Shown in pieces: positions 61,400 through 64,000 of a stretch of 64,000 nucleotides of DNA. Each line of letters opens with the position of its first letter. Position 1 is the stretch's first letter. The stretch comes from an uncultured Verrucomicrobiae bacterium (GTDB lineage: Bacteria > Verrucomicrobiota > Verrucomicrobiia > Chthoniobacterales > JAFAMB01), in NCBI GenBank assembly GCA_963837955.1, contig CAWIPH010000002.1, positions 3,008,001 through 3,072,000 of the forward strand, written 5' to 3'. The notes beneath the pieces were generated by a model. It did not search any database. It saw nothing but the letters and a program-made list of their open reading frames with translations, and had not been told where the DNA came from. Position numbers and translations under genes: made by a program.

Positions 61400-61981
61400 T
61401 CACCGACCGCGGCTTACGGTGATGTGCGGTTCCTTTAAATAAATCGGCTCGCCGAGCGGGGAATAGCAACTTTCCCTACCTAAAAGAAATCGGGCTGCAG
61501 GAGCTTTCACTTCGATTTGCGGTAACTCGGCGATTGGTCCGACAGCAAAAAGCGGAGTTCCAAGCCCATCGCCGAGCAGATTGGGTAGGCTGGCCTTTGG
61601 TAACAATTGCGGCCCCTCCGCGATCAACCCATTCGCAACCCGAGCGAAGAAAAACGACCCCCGTCGCGCATCGCCTATTACTGCGTAGTCAGTTTCAGGA
61701 AATCCAAGGATCGAGGGACAGCCAAATCTCTTGCATCCGGTCGCGAGACTTAACCCAAACGCCGTCGCCACACTTACGCGTAAACCGGTATACGAACCCG
61801 GTCCAATACCAACCACTACTTCGTCAAGTTGATCGATTAGATCGATCACGTTAGCCACTTCGGCCGCCAACTCCCCGGCACCCTGAAATCTACTTTCGCG
61901 GACTATCGCGCCATCGATTGCTAGCACCAGACTGCCTGGAGCTGCCGAATTTTCGATCACTAATTTCGTGCACCGTTTCAT
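61400..61981 (-). CDS. tsaB: tRNA t6A biosynthesis protein TsaB
   Basis: VGIGPGSYTGLRV, DARR, EPIYLK motifs; adjacent to tsaE. Confidence 0.88.
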   Translation of the reverse strand: MKRCTKLVIENSAAPGSLVLAIDGAIVRESRFQGAGELAAEVANVIDLIDQLDEVVVGIGPGSYTGLRVSVATAFGLSLATGCKRFGCPSILGFPETDYAVIGDARRGSFFFARVANGLIAEGPQLLPKASLPNLLGDGLGTPLFAVGPIAELPQIEVKAPAARFLLGRESCYSPLGEPIYLKEPHITVSRGR

Positions 61982-62039
61982 AAGAGTCTGCCAAGCGGTT
62001 GCCGGCGCCGTGGTAGATTCCTATGAAACGGCATACTAG

Positions 62040-62447
62040 TCACCAGACAATCACCCTCTCGTTTGCAGAACTTATTTGAATTTTTACCCAGACCGCATCG
62101 GCAGGCAGCCGACTTGGGAACTTGTCCGCCCACTCGATTGCGCAGATCCCGGGCTCCCGGAGATAGTCGTCAAACCCGATCTCATCCAACTCTTTCTCGT
62201 TCTCCAACCGATAAAAGTCCATGTGGAACAATGGCAATCGAGCATTCCGATACTCATGCACCAAGCTGAACGTCGGGCTGGTCACTGAATCTGTAATGCC
62301 CAGGCCCTCGGCCATTCCTTTGACAAACTCGGTTTTGCCCGCGCCCAAATCTCCCGACAAGCCGACCACCGCGTTTTCGGGAAGTGCAAGACCGAGTTCC
62401 CGTCCAAGCGCTCGAGTCTCTTCTGGCCCATGGGCGAATCGCTTCAT
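62040..62447 (-). CDS. tsaE: tRNA t6A biosynthesis ATPase TsaE
   Basis: GDLGAGKT, VTSPTFSLVHEY, HMDFYRL, IEWA; start at ATG 62447 overlapping the thiL stop. Confidence 0.93.
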   Translation of the reverse strand: MKRFAHGPEETRALGRELGLALPENAVVGLSGDLGAGKTEFVKGMAEGLGITDSVTSPTFSLVHEYRNARLPLFHMDFYRLENEKELDEIGFDDYLREPGICAIEWADKFPSRLPADAVWVKIQISSANERVIVW

Positions 62448-63406
62448 TTTTTCTTCGCGGCTCGAAAATGATCGAACCCGGAAACGCTGAGTTGATCGGA
62501 TCCGGAAACACCGAATTTCTGCGTGCTCAGCTCCGTGAGCCACCCGATCTGAGTCAACGGCAGCTCCGGAAACTTCTTGGTCCAGCGTTCCTCCAGTGCT
62601 GCGCCTGTTCCTTCAGACACGGCAAAGAGGAGCTCATAGTCTTCTCCGTCTGCGATCGCCTGCTCACTCGAACATCCTTTGTTCAGAGGTAACCGTTCTC
62701 GATCAATCTCGAACCCGGCGCCACTTGCCTTCGCCAGTCTTGGCAAATCGCTCCCCAATCCGTCACTGAGATCTATCATTGCATTGATCGGAAAATGGTC
62801 CGCCAACCACATGGCTTCGGTTAATCTTGGCTCAAAGCGGAGGTGCTTCCCGCGGATCGATCCCCCCAAGCGGCCGGTCACATAAAGCAGGTCGCCTGGT
62901 TTGCCGCCCGATCGTAGCAACGCACGACGCTTTTCGACGATCCCGGTCAACGCCACCGAAATGAATGCCGGCCCGGGTGAACGCGAGGTTTCACCACCTA
63001 CGAGGTTCACCTCGTAGCGCGAAGCGGCTTTCCGCAGGCCTGAATAGACACCGAGCAGCCAGCGTACTCGCACCTGAGGATCAACGGCAATTGTTACCAG
63101 CGCATCCATCGGTTTACCGCCCATCGCAGCTACGTCGCTGATTGTCCGGCAAAGCGCTTTCCAACCAATCCAGACCGCCGGCGACTCCTTCAGAAAATGA
63201 ACACCTTCCACTAGGCAGTCAGTCTTCAATAGTTGCCACCGCTTCCCGAACTTCACCACAGCGCAGTCATCTCCGGGACCCATCTTAACCCGTGAGTTCA
63301 GCTTTAAATTTTTGGTCAGCTCAGCGACCAAAATATCCTCACCAATGGCAGCCAGCTCAGCATCTCGCATTCCGCGCGGTGGTCGTTGTCGGCTCGCCTC
63401 CTTCAT
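62444..63406 (-). CDS. thiL: Thiamine-monophosphate kinase
   Basis: GPGDDCAV, SDVAAMGG, LVGGET, IDLSDGL, GEDYELLF. Confidence 0.93.
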   Translation of the reverse strand: MKEASRQRPPRGMRDAELAAIGEDILVAELTKNLKLNSRVKMGPGDDCAVVKFGKRWQLLKTDCLVEGVHFLKESPAVWIGWKALCRTISDVAAMGGKPMDALVTIAVDPQVRVRWLLGVYSGLRKAASRYEVNLVGGETSRSPGPAFISVALTGIVEKRRALLRSGGKPGDLLYVTGRLGGSIRGKHLRFEPRLTEAMWLADHFPINAMIDLSDGLGSDLPRLAKASGAGFEIDRERLPLNKGCSSEQAIADGEDYELLFAVSEGTGAALEERWTKKFPELPLTQIGWLTELSTQKFGVSGSDQLSVSGFDHFRAAKKK

Positions 63407-64000
63407 TTCGTTTGGAAGGCGATCGCTACCAGGTTCAGAGTGTTGAATAGCGCATGCATTGTCATGGGCACCAATAGGCTACCTGTCGCCTCATACGATA
63501 CCGTGAACAAGCAACTGAGGAGGAAGAGCGGAAACAAGGTCGGAATATTTAAATGCACAATGGCAAAAAGTACTCCGGTAAACACCAGGGCGGGCAGCGC
63601 CCCGAAGTAGCGTCGCATGACTCCGTAAAGATAGCCGCGAAAGGCCAGTTCTTCCGCAACCGGAGCAATCACCACCGCCAGCAGAATAATGGGAAGGCGT
63701 TGACCGATACTGCTCGAGCGTTCGAACACCTTGATGATCTCCTGCACATCGGTCGTCGGGTCAGTGTGCAGAAAATACGATGCCAAATAACTCGCCACGA
63801 GAATCAGAGGCAATGCACAAACAAGCAGAGAAATACCCCAGAGGATTGATTTCCGAAGAGGCAATTGATCTAACCCGAACACCGCGGAGATCCGGAATCC
63901 ACGGAGCCGGAGCGAAAGCAGGATAGTGCCAAGAATCAATCCCCAGAAATAAAGCGCGCTTAGGAGAAGGCTTCGCGTGTCGATTTCCGCCGGCAAAGAT
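63403..64000 (-). CDS. CPBP (CAAX/Abi) intramembrane metalloprotease, 5' end outside the window
   Basis: APVAEELAFRG, FAIVH, HALFN motifs. Confidence 0.88.
   Translation of the reverse strand, partial: SLPAEIDTRSLLLSALYFWGLILGTILLSLRLRGFRISAVFGLDQLPLRKSILWGISLLVCALPLILVASYLASYFLHTDPTTDVQEIIKVFERSSSIGQRLPIILLAVVIAPVAEELAFRGYLYGVMRRYFGALPALVFTGVLFAIVHLNIPTLFPLFLLSCLFTVSYEATGSLLVPMTMHALFNTLNLVAIAFQTK

Noticed and set aside
60947..61438. Short ORFs over the palindromic element
   Set aside because: They are translations of the repeat (the same AQYEVLGN peptide appears at 57777 and on both strands) with no sign of real coding function.

Overview
A bacterial window with no rRNA, tRNA or CRISPR array that I could recognise. 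The PEP-CTERM protein and gene style suggest Verrucomicrobiota or a similar soil lineage, which is inference only. Positions 1-17.1 kb are a large surface-polysaccharide/glycosylation locus: GT2, GT4, GT8-like and GT-D-like transferases, a Wzy-like membrane protein, a deacetylase, Wzm/Wzt and acyltransferases. Directly upstream and co-oriented (17.6-28.8 kb) lies a compact cassette of Sfp PPTase, carbamoyltransferase, a stand-alone A-T NRPS (Gly-like code) and a single-module PKS with the unusual order KS-AT-KR-DH-ACP-TE. An eroded second PPTase copy brackets its other end. This cassette is the best candidate for an undescribed glycan-decorating assembly line. Next come two paralogous secreted proteins of unknown family around a PEP-CTERM gene, fsr, and an oxidoreductase and a Cys-tailed ECF sigma sharing one promoter motif. 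These are followed by a MerR module, a glpFKD operon with SorC-type regulator, transporters, a kinase/beta-helix/TPR protein, mscS, argG and tsaB-tsaE-thiL. Two nearly identical 1471-bp IS1182-family elements each sit inside a GTCCC..GGGAC hairpin of a large nested palindromic repeat family. Several genes carry single-base frameshifts that may be sequencing errors.
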